This document shows, in pieces, positions 1 to 12,357 of a stretch of 58,712 nucleotides of DNA. The notes under the pieces were generated by a model. It was not told the DNA's origin. It made no database searches and was given only the letters and a program-made list of their open reading frames with translations. Both the position numbers and the translations under genes were made by a program. Origin of the DNA: Vicugna vicugna (lineage: Eukaryota). The number at the start of each line of letters is the position of its first letter. The stretch's first letter is position 1. Where the stretch lies: the NCBI GenBank assembly GCA_013265495.1, contig MU058017.1, forward strand, positions 248,001 through 306,712, in the 5' to 3' direction.

Positions 1-19
1 GGAGGACCTTATTAATATA

Positions 20-125
20 CAATATGGATGAGGAAATATCCTCAGACAGTTAAATCGCTTGCCCAAATGGCTTGCTCATGGTAGGTCAAATGTAGACTTT
101 AACCTACATCTTGTAGACTGGGAAC
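20..125 (-). mobile_element. MIR SINE fragment
   Basis: gatgaggaaa...gttaaatcgcttgcccaa resembles the reverse complement of the MIR core. Confidence 0.55.
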
Positions 126-129
126 CATT

Positions 130-670
130 CATGGTGCAGCCAGGAGACCAGGAGAATGTCTGTACCTGGTAATTCAAAAGATGAAGTCTGTCATGGGGTA
201 TTTGTCCCAAAAGTGTTAGAAGGGCCCAAAGGGCAAGCATGGATGGGAAGCAACCAGGAGTTTCCAACTATAAGAGGCTTCTATCATCCCCAGAGTTGGC
301 TGGACAAAGGGAGGGAGGGATGTAACCAGAGCTCAGGAGTCGAAGACATGGTAGATTCTGGAAACCAGCAGCTCAGACAATAAAAGTTTGGACCATGGAA
401 GAACAAGCTGTCTGGCAGGGATTGGAGCTTTACAAGACACAGTCACAAGTAAAGATACCCCTGAAGCAGAGAGGTGGAAAGAAATACCCTGGATTACTCC
501 TTCCTCTGTCCCTCATGTCTCCTGCCAGTGGCTCCCAGTGCCACTCCTAGGGAGAAGCTGATTGATGAAGAAGTCTTGGAAATAACAAGGATAGCTTCTC
601 TGCAGCACAGAGAGGGGAGCAGAGGAAAGACAGAAAATGGGTTTGATAATAAACAGGCAACAGTCTACCT
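130..670 (-). mobile_element. ERVL-class solo LTR (LTR41/LTR33-like), decayed
   Basis: aaataccctggattactccttcctctgtccctcatgtctcctgccagtggctccc block typical of LTR41/33 on the reverse strand; similar in layout to the element at 9291-9795. Confidence 0.6.
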
Positions 671-2292
671 GACTCCAAAATCCATACTGACTTCACCAAG
701 ACATGACTGCTGCCCTCCATGATTTGCATCCAGTACTGATAACTTAGTACAACCTGTAACTGAGACAGACTAGCCATCTACTTGTCAATGGAATAATGCC
801 TCTTCTTCCTCCTAAGCACAGCCAAGCACTCTATACAGTGACCGGAACATAATGGGAACTCAGCGACTATTAGTGGTTTTTTCCCTCTCTTTCAAATGTT
901 GTATAAGTTCAAGTGATCTACGATAGTGAAAAAATAAACAAAAGGCATGGATATCAAGTAACTAAATATTAAAAAGAGACATAATTCTTTCCTATGATTC
1001 AAAGAAGGTAAGAGAAGAGAATAATTTTTCAGTTTTGGCCTTTATGTGACATTATTTCACAAAATTCATTGCTAAGTGGCTCCATGGCTCAAATGACCAC
1101 AAGTTCAAAATACAAGCCAAAAAGCTGTCTAGGTAGCCTGGGAGGCCTTAGTGGAGCTGACTGTCACTTACTACTCAGCCCCCACTTCCCTCCTCCCAAA
1201 GGGAAGAGAATGCCGATACCACTTTCATGCCGTTGAAGTCACTTGCTCAGCCTCTTCGTTATACCAGTTGATATTATTGTTGGAATTCATTACTTCTCAA
1301 GTGTCCTCTATTTAATCTATTTCACATTCATAAGGAATATGAAATCCAAAACCAGCATAGACTAAATTATACTCATTATTTGATCTTAAAAGTAATTCCT
1401 TAACATATGGAAGAGGAAACATTTGGGGAAAACGTCAATGGGTCTGGAGCATCAGAGTGACAAAGTTCCTAATGCTGGCTACTCCCCCAAACATATTTAA
1501 TCCCTTCATTACAAAAATTACATGAGAAATTTCATAAGAACCATCTTACTAGCAGAATTCTAGGTATTTCCTGTTCCCAAGGGCAGAGAAATACTGCAAA
1601 ATCAACATTTTTTTTAATGACATTTCAGTACTGTCTCTCTTGGCTGAAAACATAAAAAGCAAGAGACACATATAAAAAGGAAAAAGGAAGAAAGTTAAAC
1701 ATTTTGAGCCCTTGAATAGTTGATTTTTATGTTAAACCTTTAATCCAATTTGTACTATCCAACCAAGTCTGCCCATCCCTGGTGACAACATAATGAATAA
1801 ATTAAAATAAATACTTCTGCTTCTTCTAAGTTTAATTCTTTCATGACTACTATAATGAGAAATAAATATTACCATTTCAGTGTGAATTCCAAGCACCACT
1901 TGATTGTTTGGCTGTTTGTATATTTTAAAATAAAATTCTATCTGCTACTGTTCATTTGGAATATAATCTTAGATAAGCTCGTTTGAACTAGTGGCAAATT
2001 CTAATGTTTACTGAAGTCTGTGAAATGAATTCATGTTGAATATGATCTTTTGGTCTGAAAGCCGAGTATCAAGCCAGCATAAACTTCAACTCTCCTGGCA
2101 GGAAAGTAAAGAATTTCTCTCAATTTCAGACCACCCCTCTGTCTCTAAACCCCACCCCACAACACACACGCACATACATTTTTCTCCATCACATTACCCA
2201 GAAGACTACTATAAGAAGAGCGGGCTGACTCTTGGTTTGTTCACTCTCAAATCAATTCTCCTGCCCCCTAGGCTGCTCTGTAACAAGGAGGT

Positions 2293-2307
2293 GCTGCCCC
2301 CTGCAGG
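2293..2307 (-). promoter_or_regulatory. Candidate CTCF binding motif
   Basis: Minus strand reads CCTGCAGGGGGCAGC, a close match to the CTCF core; motif match only. Confidence 0.45.
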
Positions 2308-2504
2308 CTGCATTCCCAGAGTTCTCAACTGAGTCTGGCTTCAGCCAAGGAGCAGCAACTGGTAGGGAGATTGGAAAGCAGGAGAAAAGAAAAAGCCTGG
2401 GCATTTCTACTTCAGGCTACATCTCCTGCACAGTTTCATGGCAGGAAATGCCAGGTACAGTTCAAAATTCCACTACATGACCCCAACCTTTGGGACCCTA
2501 TAGA

Positions 2505-2598
2505 AATCATATTGCAATATATAAATGCAGCAAATCAACATGTCGTACCCCTTAAACTTACATATATTACATGCCAATTATATTTCAATTAAAAAAAA
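2505..2598 (+). mobile_element. L1 extreme 3' end with A tail
   Basis: aatcatattgcaatatataaatg...ccttaaacttaca...caattatatttcaattaaaaaaaa aligns by eye to the L1 3' end at 15299-15390 in this window. Confidence 0.8.
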
Positions 2599-2841
2599 TA
2601 CTCTCCCTTTGTCTCTCTTTTATGACTTCCACTGTTGCCATTCTATCTCCTATTTTGTTTCGCCAAACTTCCATCGTATATATTCAATTTACCCTTTTAA
2701 ATTCCTACTATTTAAAATACTTTGAGTGGTTTCTACTTCCCTAGTTGGACACTAACATAAATAGCTTAAATCAAAGCTGACAAGAATTACAACCCACTTT
2801 TTCCTATAACCTCATATAGGCTTCAAAGAAACCAAAACCCT

Positions 2842-2945
2842 GAGAGAAAGTAAAAAGAGAAGAGAGAAGAGGAGAGAGAAGAGGGAATGAGGGGAGGAGA
2901 GGGGAAGACTGGGAGGAGAATGGAGAAGGGGTGACAGGAGAGAAC
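2842..2945. repeat. GA-rich polypurine low-complexity tract
   Basis: About 100 bp of almost only A/G on the + strand. Confidence 0.85.
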
Positions 2946-5070
2946 TCTTTCCCCATGTGCCTCACAGGGTTCAGTGTTCCTCTCTATAGAGACCACTATC
3001 TACAGAGTAATGTAGGTTTTTTTTGTCTCTTCATCTTTTACTCCAAAATGGAAGCACGCGTGGCTGATATTGGTTATGATATTCCCCACTTTCACTGCAG
3101 ATTCTCTTACTCTTCCCATAATCAGAGCAATCCAGCCCCCACAAGGTACCCCAGAATGTCATGTCTCACAGCAAAGACAGGAATAGTCTGTGGCTGGCTC
3201 ATCCCTCTGAGGTTGTGTCAGAAGCTATTCTTGTTTTGCCCTTCCTCCTGGAGAAGATCTTGGAGGGGCTAAGAACTTTCAGAAACTTCAAGGGGAAGTT
3301 CAATTGCTTAAGGTGACAGCCTGATATCTCAGGGAGTACATCCCCAGGCTTGAGAAGCCTCACTTCTGGCACTGCTAACCCTATGAACTCCAACATTCAT
3401 GTCAAGAGAGCTGCCTCCAGAAGTTTCCCCAGCTTCCTGTCTGCAAGAGCATTCCTCCCTGACTCTGCATGTCACTTTCCACCTGAGCTCCGAGGAAGCT
3501 CTGTCAGCCAGAAATTCCAAAACCTGAATAGCCAGTTCTTTGGTCCTCGCTTCTCTGACAGGAATTGCAAACAGTCCCCTGAACTAAATAGGAGTAAGTC
3601 ATGCTCATCAGCATTGTTCCCTCTTCCCATTTCAAAATGAAACTAAATAAAGACAGGGGATATCAAAAAATGTAAAAATTCTTCAGCTGCAATGAGTAAT
3701 TAAGGAGTAGGGGGACACTGTGGAAAGTTACATAAGATTCAGTCTCTGACCTACATATATGCCTGCATACTGAGGGAGAGGAACTTATAAATGCGAATGG
3801 GAAATGCTAATCCAGCTCTGTGTTCAGAGAGCTGTGGGCCAATAAGGAAGGGAGAAGCCAACCAGCTGGGGAGGTGGGAAGGCCAGGCCTCTATCCTCAC
3901 CCCTGCGCTGGCAGACTTGTAGTGAACACTGAGGGTTCAGAGAACATCAGCATGTCTGATATTCACTTAAAATTTTCATTTATTTTAGCCATAGGGATTA
4001 AAGAACTCCATTACTCTTATTTTTCTCTTCTGGGTTTTGTTGTCACGGATGTTATGTGTGTTCGTTTTTCTTAAAATCCTGAGCTCTACTGAGAAATTCT
4101 AAGTATATTTACTGTGAACAAATGTTCTTACTACCCAAATTCCTTGCTGTGAGAAGTACTATCAAGTAGGAGGGGTAGTAGCTGGGGAAGAGAAGCTAAT
4201 CCTGGGTTCGTAGGCCTACTAATTATTTTTATATTTCTGTTTTATAAGGCTTTCATGAAATGCTCTGATTTCCTTTTTCCTGGGAGGCTTTTCCACTTTT
4301 TTTTTTTTAATAAAGACATCAATTCTTATAACTTATTCCTGGCTCTGTTAATTAAATACAGTAGCATGAACATCCAGGCCTTGTAAAGCCGACTGGCCCT
4401 AGTTTTTGACTAGTCGGGATAATCGCAAGATTTAGCACTCACAGACTAGTAGCTGCACTTTGATTCAATGACTTTTTGTTATTAATATTATTCCCATTGA
4501 TGCTGCAAAATTCCATTGAAGGCATAATCTTTAACAAACACATAGCTAGAATGCTTTATTCCTTAGCTGCATGTACATTTAGCTTATGAGAAAGAATGAT
4601 ACTCACAGTAATGTGAGGAACTTCCGGAGGGGTCTCTATGAGCCTAGATTTCCATATTAGTCCTTTTTTGGGGGGAAAAACAAGTCTAGGTTGCATACTT
4701 GAAATGTTTTCAATCGGCAGCTTCACATGCCAAGCTAAATCCGCTTTCTACTTCCCTGGTCAAATCTCTGAGATTTGTAAGGACAGTGGACTTTTTCAAC
4801 TGGTCAGCCCCTTTATGGAGTCAGATGTTCCTATCCTAAGCCCTAAGTCAGTCAGTTCACTTGTACAAAATTAGCTGCCTAAACCCTGGACAGTTTTCTG
4901 TCAGGTGGGTTTACGTGAGCTCAATCTCTATCATGCAATTTGGATTGGGGGGTTTAAAAAACCTTATCAGAGCCTAGTTTGGGACCCTGAGAAAGAGAGC
5001 CCATTCCTCATATTAAGACCTGTGCTACTAAATGTGTTACAAAAGTTAAAGATAGTAAGACATAAAACAA

Positions 5071-5197
5071 GGAAGAGGGTATAGCTAAGTGGTAGAGCCC
5101 GTGCTTGATGTGTACGAGGCCCTGGGTTCAGTCCCCAGGGCCTCCCTTAATGAGGGAATGAATGAATGAATGAATGAATGAATGAATAAATAAATAA
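5071..5197 (+). mobile_element. tRNA-derived SINE (camelid Vic-1-like) with (GAAT)n/(TAAA)n tail
   Basis: A box tagctaagtgg, B box ggttcagtccc, simple-repeat tail, 8-bp TSD ataaaaca at 5062-5069 and 5198-5205. Confidence 0.85.
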
Positions 5198-6993
5198 ATA
5201 AAACAGTTGCTATTATTATTAATAGTATTGTGTTTTAAGTGGGAAAAATAAACGAAATTCTATTAGATAACAGCACAACAGAGAAAAGAAAATCTGCAAG
5301 TGGGAACTTGAAGCAGACAATCTTGATGCTCAGGATTCACCCGGGTACCAGGGGAAATTCTATGGCCATGTTTTGGGAAGTCTCTGGACTTCCCTGGAAA
5401 CACAAAGGACTCACTGTTGAAATGACACATTAAAAAGGCTCTGTGGTTGAAGAAGGGGTACCTATCATGTAACTGTATACCTTTAGCCTCCAATTTGATA
5501 GAACAGTGGCTTTTTGCTACTTAAGAAGAAAAAGAATTCCCCACCGTTACTGATGGAGGGAATGAGGGCTCACCGGAGTAAGGAGAATGCGTGGCAGGAA
5601 ACACAGCGCAGGACTCCCACTCCAGCTGCATCAAAAACCATGGTCAGGTCCCACAAGAAGGACTGATAGTTGTCACCCATCGGCCATGTTTAAATGATTG
5701 GCTAGTTGATGTTTAACTTCGTTTTTTTTTTTTTTTCCATTTGTTTGCCTGACTTTTTAAAGCAACTTTCCTATTTGATTCTTAATTCTTTTTCTTATTG
5801 ATCTTGATGGATATTTCTAAAAACTATTTACAGAGATGTACAGAACTGTGGGCTGTGCATCTCAGAAAAGGATTATAAAGGGGAAAAGTGTGAGAGTGTT
5901 ATACGACCTCCTTGCTCTTTTGGCCCTTCTGTCTGACAGCTGTGTATCACTTCAAATAGCTTTCCCAGGCACATGGCTCTGAACTCAGTTTAAACTCAAT
6001 AAATGCTCCTGGAACCTCTGCTGAAATTAAGGACCCATTCTGCCCTCCTCCCATCAACAGCATTTTTTTTTGAAAAGGGATTATAATACTTTTAAGCTTT
6101 GATGAAAGCTTCCCATTATTACAGACTGGCATTTCTGATGTAGATTAACCAGCACTGGAATTATCCTTCTGCTCCCAGGACAGGTTCAGGTTTGACCTCT
6201 GCACAGAAGCTTATAATTTGGCAGCAGAAATGGCACCACTGAAAGAAGCGACCATGGGCCACAGCAAATCATTAAATTATTTCCCCAGGGGCGTTTCTGA
6301 ATTTTCAAGTTTTAATGAGTCATTCGCTCAATTAAGGTTGTTTACAATTGCAGAGGTTTCATTACTAATATGTAATCAAAAAATTAATTACCTCTATCAA
6401 ACCTGTAGTTTCAAATGTGCCTAGGTTTCCTATCACATGAAATAAGGCATTTCCTAGGCCAGTTTCTGTCCTATGTTTGGGAAGGGAGGGAAATCAAGAT
6501 AGAGATGAAAAAGTTGTCAAAATGTCAAACTTGAAAATATATTGTTCAGAGTGAAAAGCATTCAAGTGGAATATATTTAGCTATGTGGAAAAGCTCATTT
6601 CAGTATGTTAGAGATCTACTGGGAAGTTCAGGGGTAAAAAAAAAATGGACAGACATTCAGGCCAAGGAGTGTCATGTACACTGTGAAGAACACATAAGAC
6701 CATACATTAGCTGCACTTAGAGAACTTGAAGTCACCTGGAAAAAGAGCTAGCTCAATCTTGAGTAAAACTGATTCCTTGTGGAAAAAATAATAAACAAAA
6801 ATGTTCCCACTGCATCAATAGCCATAAACATTGTCACTGAACTTTCAGGAAGTCCTTAGCAATATCTCCAAACATATACCTATTTCCCCTTTTACAGAAA
6901 GAATTAAGCAAAATTCCAACTGACAAGGTACTCTAATCTATCTCCCATCAGGTAAACCCAGGGATGACTCTACTATTAAATAAGTAGCTTAGA

Positions 6994-7147
6994 GGTGGGA
7001 TGACTGAAGTGTGGTCCATGGTCCAGCAGCATCTGTATCACCTGGGAACTAGGTAGAAACACAAATTCTAGGGCCTCACCCTGAACCTACTGAATCAGAA
7101 GCTCTGGGGTGGCCCAGCAATCTGTGTTACATGTTTGACAACCACTG
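6994..7147. mobile_element. MER5A-like hAT-Charlie MITE
   Basis: aagtgtggtcc...cagcagcatc...cacctgggaact...cctactgaatcagaagctctggggtggcccagcaatctgtg...accactg. Confidence 0.85.
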
Positions 7148-8708
7148 GCCTACAGACACACACTCAGAGATTGCAAAGTAAAGGTGCTTCTACTTCTCTT
7201 CTCTGAAACTAGCTAAAAAGAACAATAAGGAACAAAAAGAAGGAAATTCCATTTTAAATGATAATAGCTACTATAATACCTTACCAAAAACTATGAGGAA
7301 AGGAATACAGTAAGATTTGGACTCAACTGAGCATAATAGATGCATACCTTAACAGATCTCAGGCAGGGCATGGAATTCTACAAAGGAAGAAGATACAGCC
7401 CTAAGGCTCCTGACTAGTGATTTCTTATTTGAAACATCAAGCTGTGGAGAATCACAAGGGGACCAAATGAGGAATAAGACAGGCACACCATTTCTGCAAC
7501 TCGTAGGGTGGCAATATAGCAAAGAGAGATGGTGGGTGACAACTGCATGCTGGCCAAGTAAAATTAATAAACACAAATTCCCAAAACATTGCTTCACTGC
7601 AAAACATGCAAACTGAATGGGGACATCCCTGAGGGAAGTAAGCAAAATTATATTCCCTGACAGAAATTTTTGGAAGAGCACTGAGACAACAGAACCATAA
7701 TGAAACTACCTGCTGCCTCAGCTTACTCCCTCAGCTCTTTTCCAGGCTGCTGTTTAGCAAATAGCTAGTTTTGAAGGAATGGCCCCATTTAAAGAAGAGA
7801 AAAATATAAGAAGGGGACTGGCATAAAACCAACATATATAGCTACTATAAGAAAAAAAAGTAAAATAAAAGAAGTACACAAAAATCACATATAACAATTA
7901 CAGAAGGAATAGATCATTTCTTCAAATTATTTTAATTTTTCAGTATCACTGAAAAGTGAGTCTTTTTGAAAAATATTATTTCAAATAAGAGAGAATGGCT
8001 CAAAGAAGAAAAGCCAATAAAAGGATATTAAAAGTGAGCTGGCAGAACTCAGCAAGGAAATAGAAGAAATAGTCAACTTTATATCTGAATAAATCACATT
8101 AAGAAGCAGAAATTTTCACAATTGATACCACCAAAAATATAGACTGACTTGTGGAGGTCAGACTTGAGAAAATTAAGTAAAACGAACAAGATTAAAGAGT
8201 TAGAACTCATTAGAGAAAATAATTAAAAAGAAATTAAAATAGATATGAAAGACAAAAAAAGATCCCATATGTACATAAATGACGTTCCCCATTAAGAAAA
8301 GAAAACAAATTAGTAAAATTTAAAATTACATTAGAGGAAAATATTCACAGGTTGTGTTAATAAAGTTTGATCTAAGGGCAAAAAGTGTTAATTGAGTCCA
8401 AGAAGAAGATTTTATAATGATGAGGTATACAGTCTATAAAGAAGATCTACTATCCTGAATCTTTAAGCACCAAATAATATATCACCAAAATACATATGGC
8501 AAAAACTGAAAAAATACAAAAGATATAAATGAATAGTAGTAGAAAACATGTATACAGTCTTTGACAGATAATATAGATTAAAAATAAGTACCAATAAAGA
8601 AAAAACTAAAAATACAATTAATAATGTGACTGTTTTACATACACACACATAAAAATCAAAGGGAGCAGTTTTTAAAGACACATGAAAAACATTAAAGTTG
8701 ACAGCGTA

Positions 8709-8827
8709 GGGAGGAGGGTGTATCTCAGCAGTAGAGTGAATACCTAGCATGCATAAGGTCCTGGGTTCAATCCCCAGTGCCTCCATTAAAAATAAAATAA
8801 ATAAATAAACAAACAAACAAACAAACC
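8709..8827 (+). mobile_element. tRNA-derived SINE (camelid Vic-1-like)
   Basis: gggaggagggtgtatctcagcagtagag...tagcatgcataaggtcctgggttcaatccccagtgcctcc plus A-rich tail; diverged 17-bp TSD (13/17 identical) at 8692-8708 and 8828-8844. Confidence 0.9.
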
Positions 8828-8954
8828 TTAGAGTTGGCAATGTAATAGCTCCTAAAGAAAATCTCAGTAAGTTCTTCAATGTGAATTAGCATAGGCAATG
8901 TTTTCTAACCACAATGCATGACATCAGAAATTTCTAACAAAAATTAATCTAAAT

Positions 8955-9010
8955 TGAACACTTTAAGCTTACACAATGCTATTTGTCAATTATATCTCAA
9001 TAAAAAATAA
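8955..9010 (+). mobile_element. Short L1 3' end
   Basis: acactttaagcttacacaatgctatttgtcaattatatctcaataaaaaa. Confidence 0.7.
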
Positions 9011-9290
9011 TAAATTAAAGCTAACACAACCACAATTTCAAGCAACACACCACCAAACAGGAAATCAAAACGTATAAAGCCAGATCAGGAGACAGACTGT
9101 GAAATTTCTTGGTTCCAATACTCAAACATGGCCACCAGGTTAAAGCTTCAGAAATAGCTAAAAAAAGAAAATAAGGAAATAAATAAAGGTACAAATAACA
9201 CTGTTTATATATAAAATTGCTATCTGATGTACAAATAATAACTCATTTGAAATTTTAAGAGATGGAAAAATCTCATTTTCAATAGCACCT

Positions 9291-9795
9291 CTGTCAGAGA
9301 CCAGTTAGCAAAGCTGAGTTCTGACATATATTCAAATACAGAGACTTTAATAGAAGAACTAATTGTGAAGGTACTAGAATAGCTGAAAGAGAAAACAGGG
9401 AAAGGTGTTGCCCCCAAATTAGTAATAGCACAAAGCTGTTCATGTCTCTAGGCTGTAAGGTCAAAGGAAGAGAGTGGTGTTCCTAGAGTCCAAGACCTGG
9501 GCCTCCCAAGGACACTGAGACCCTGACATGATTGCCTATTAGAAGCTGGGACTAAGGAGGAAGCTGGAGCCACAGAAGGAAACGAACTAGAGAAGCCACC
9601 AGGAGCAGAGGGATGGGAGAACCACTCTAGCTTCTTCTCTATTCCTTCTCTTCATTATCTTTTCTATGCCTATCCCTGGCCAAACTCAAATGGAAGCCAA
9701 CTAGCAAGGTTTAGAGGGTGTCCTACCCTGTGAATGCAAATCTAGGGGAAGGCAGAGAAATGGGCCTGAAAGCAGACAACAGACTAAGCGCAGCA
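9291..9795 (-). mobile_element. ERVL-class solo LTR (LTR41-like)
   Basis: Starts TG and ends CA, ~500 bp; tggccaaactcaaatggaagccaactagcaagg block typical of LTR41/33. Confidence 0.6.
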
Positions 9796-9889
9796 ACCAA
9801 AAATTTTTTTTAATTAAAATTTTAATTAAAAGAGAAAGAGGAAATTAGCTCCATTTCCCACCCTTTATTTTAAAGGCTCTTAATAGGAA

Positions 9890-10235
9890 ATGTGTTATGA
9901 GCAATACATGTGTTTAATTACTTTTAAATATGAAAAAAGCCAGGTATAACATATAAATAATTGTATAAATGATATATAATAAAAAGTGAGTTTCTCACTC
10001 CATACCTTCAAGTTCCTCTCCACAGAAGCCACTTTAATTATTCTGTACATACTTGTGGAAAATATTCATACATATATATGAATATTTTTAAACACCGACA
10101 AGCAGATTCATCCTTTGGTTTCTTTTTTACTTAACAATGTACACTGGAGAGCTTGTCATATTTCATTGTTTTATGTCTCCATCTGATGAAGAAATAGGCT
10201 GTTTCCAGGTATTTAGTTTTATTGACAATATATTA
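9890..10235 (-). mobile_element. Ancient L1ME-type 3' fragment
   Basis: tttcttttttacttaacaatgtacactggagagc and tgatgaagaaataggctgtttccagg resemble an antisense L1ME 3' region. Confidence 0.55.
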
Positions 10236-10621
10236 TAAAAGTAAAGGAACGCTGATAAAACTTCTTGGCTATTGTCTTTACATGTCTGCTATCTGAAATT
10301 GACTCAGTAAGCATGTGTTGGGCCAGGGGCAATACAGCTAAAAGTAGGACCTAAGTGGGATATGGGATTTAAAAATTAAGTCACTGGAAAATGAAGCTCA
10401 TTTCATATATATCTCACAATCAGTGTTACTTGTGATTCATACCCATCTGTATGGGAGTGTTGAAAAGGACATGCAGATGTAATCAATATGTACATATTTA
10501 CCCCCAAGGCAATTACACATACCAATGTTCTTAGGTTCCCCAAACTAAATAAAACCTGATCCTCTCTGTTTTGGCCAGGCCAAAACACATGCCTCTGAAA
10601 ATTGTCAGGTTTTTGAGACAC

Positions 10622-10710
10622 CTTGGCTGGATGACCCTGGACAAGGCCTTCATCTCTGTGGCCCTTAGTTTCCTCACTATTAAAATGAGGGTGTCTATTC
10701 CATTCTCATA
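10622..10710 (+). mobile_element. MIR/MIR3 core fragment
   Basis: tgaccctggacaagg...ccttagtttcctcactattaaaatgaggg. Confidence 0.7.
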
Positions 10711-11759
10711 AATTTAACAATTCTGCTCTTCTCAGTTCTTGCTAGTACATTTTCAAGAGCAAAGAAAAAGGCAATACTCCCTCTCCTTTTTCAAAAAAAT
10801 AAGTTTCAGAGTTAAGAAAGAAATCTTGAGAACTCATTCCCTAATATTTTAGGATTTTTATATTGACCTCTTTTCTGTAATCCCTGTATTCTCCCTTTGA
10901 TCCTTGTGAAGCTTTATAGATTCTTCAAATGTCTTCCCAGGAAAGAAATTAAGAGTAAACTATTGGACACAGAGCATGAGGGTAAAACTGCTGGACACTA
11001 TCATATATTTGGATTGCTACTGTTTTACTGTCTTCCAAAAGAATAAATTATAAGGAAGCCTTAAAATAAAAGTTCTATATGCAGTCAACAGCAGTTACAT
11101 GACAGGCCATGTGATTAAGGCAGCAGAAATTGCCAAATTTCAGAAAAGATCATAGAAATTTCAAAATTAAAAGTGTTTACTGAGAATACATAGATCCCAA
11201 TAGACTATCAGGCAAATTCTGAACATTTGGCTTTCTAGGCATTCTAAAGCTTTCAGACAAGTTCTGAAGAAAGTTGTCTAATTTCCAGTGACATGTAATT
11301 CAATTAATAAAAAATAAAACTAAGAATTTAATCAAATAGGAAATTAAGATAAAATTCTGGTATTCTTCAACACAGCTCAAAATTATTTTATCAGTTCTAA
11401 AGGTAAAACTGCCTAAATTACCAGCATGGATTATGATAAACACTGTCGTCATGACCTTAAACACTACTGCCAAAGGCAATCCTGAAGAATCTTTAGACAA
11501 GGAATGTGAACAATACAAAGACTCAACTTTGGGATGTTGTAGAAAAGTGGTATGCAGAGTTGCTGTTAACAATAAAATACTTGGTTTAAAATTATATCTA
11601 CATTAAATATAGTGATTTTCCTAGAAACAGCACAATAAACATTTGTATTACGGGAATGATAATTAGCTTAGATATGTTCCAATGGCATATTACTGAGTTA
11701 GAAAGGCCAGAAAAAAATACTGTGAAAACAGAGTTTGCAATCCCAAAGGAGCAATTCAT

Positions 11760-12000
11760 TAAGTTAACCCAGGAGAGTCAAGAAAGTTTCTACATAACAT
11801 GACAAATATTAAATAAATTTCGAAGAAGATGTAGATCCCCAGTAATAGAAGAGGGAAAGGACATTCCAGGAAGAGAGAGTGGCAGGTGCAGAGGCACCGA
11901 GGTATATTCAGAGAAAAAAGGAAAGTTTCATATGATTTCTGGAACATAATGTATATGGACAGTAAGAGGAAACCAGGCAGGAATTTAGGGTGGGACCATA
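11760..12000 (-). mobile_element. L2 fragment
   Basis: gggaaaggacattccaggaagagagagtggcaggtgcagaggcaccgagg is a typical antisense L2 3' block. Confidence 0.65.
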
Positions 12001-12308
12001 ATGTACTGTGGAGTCTGAGATATGCTCAAACACCCTGGCTTCTTTAATAACAAGCAACCATGCTGAACTATAGAATCGTATGTTTTATCACAGCTCATTA
12101 ATGATCATATGTTAGAGAGGAAACTGGAAAATAACTATTAGCTATGCAAATGACTCAAATATTCTTTTTCTATTTTAGTCTTCAGAGCACCAGCATACAA
12201 GATGACACTTGAGAATATACTTTCTTTACACTATATTAAAATAAGCAGAAGTCCAGCTCTTCCAGCATCTAAAAAACACTGAATTTTGGATTAAAAACTA
12301 ATGGGATA

Positions 12309-12357
12309 CATTGTAAGTATAAACTGACTATACTTCAATTACAATTTTTTTAAAAAA
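12309..12357 (+). mobile_element. 49-bp L1 3'-terminal insertion with perfect 16-bp TSD
   Basis: Insert cattgtaagtataaactgactatacttcaatt...A tail; TSD aaaaactaatgggata at 12293-12308 and 12358-12373. Confidence 0.85.

Larger units (their letters stand above)
7800..9250 (+). mobile_element. Ancient L1 (L1M-type) ORF1 and ORF2-endonuclease remnants, interrupted by younger inserts
   Basis: Very A-rich; gagctggcagaactcagcaaggaaatagaag is ORF1-like; atcctgaatctttaagcaccaaataa and gttttctaaccacaatgca resemble the ORF2 endonuclease region; many stops. Confidence 0.65.

Noticed and set aside
8709..8790. tRNA gene (also 5071-5146)
   Set aside because: Degenerate stems, A-rich tails, TSDs and no Pol III T-run terminator indicate SINE copies.
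8463..8879. 138-aa hydrophobic minus-strand ORF
   Set aside because: Antisense read-through of an A-rich L1 plus SINE; the hydrophobicity is a T-rich codon artefact.
11300..11606. Overlapping stop-free frames on both strands (plus 11340-11603, minus 11300-11572)
   Set aside because: No recognisable protein; frames of ~90 codons are expected several times by chance in six frames of 58 kb.
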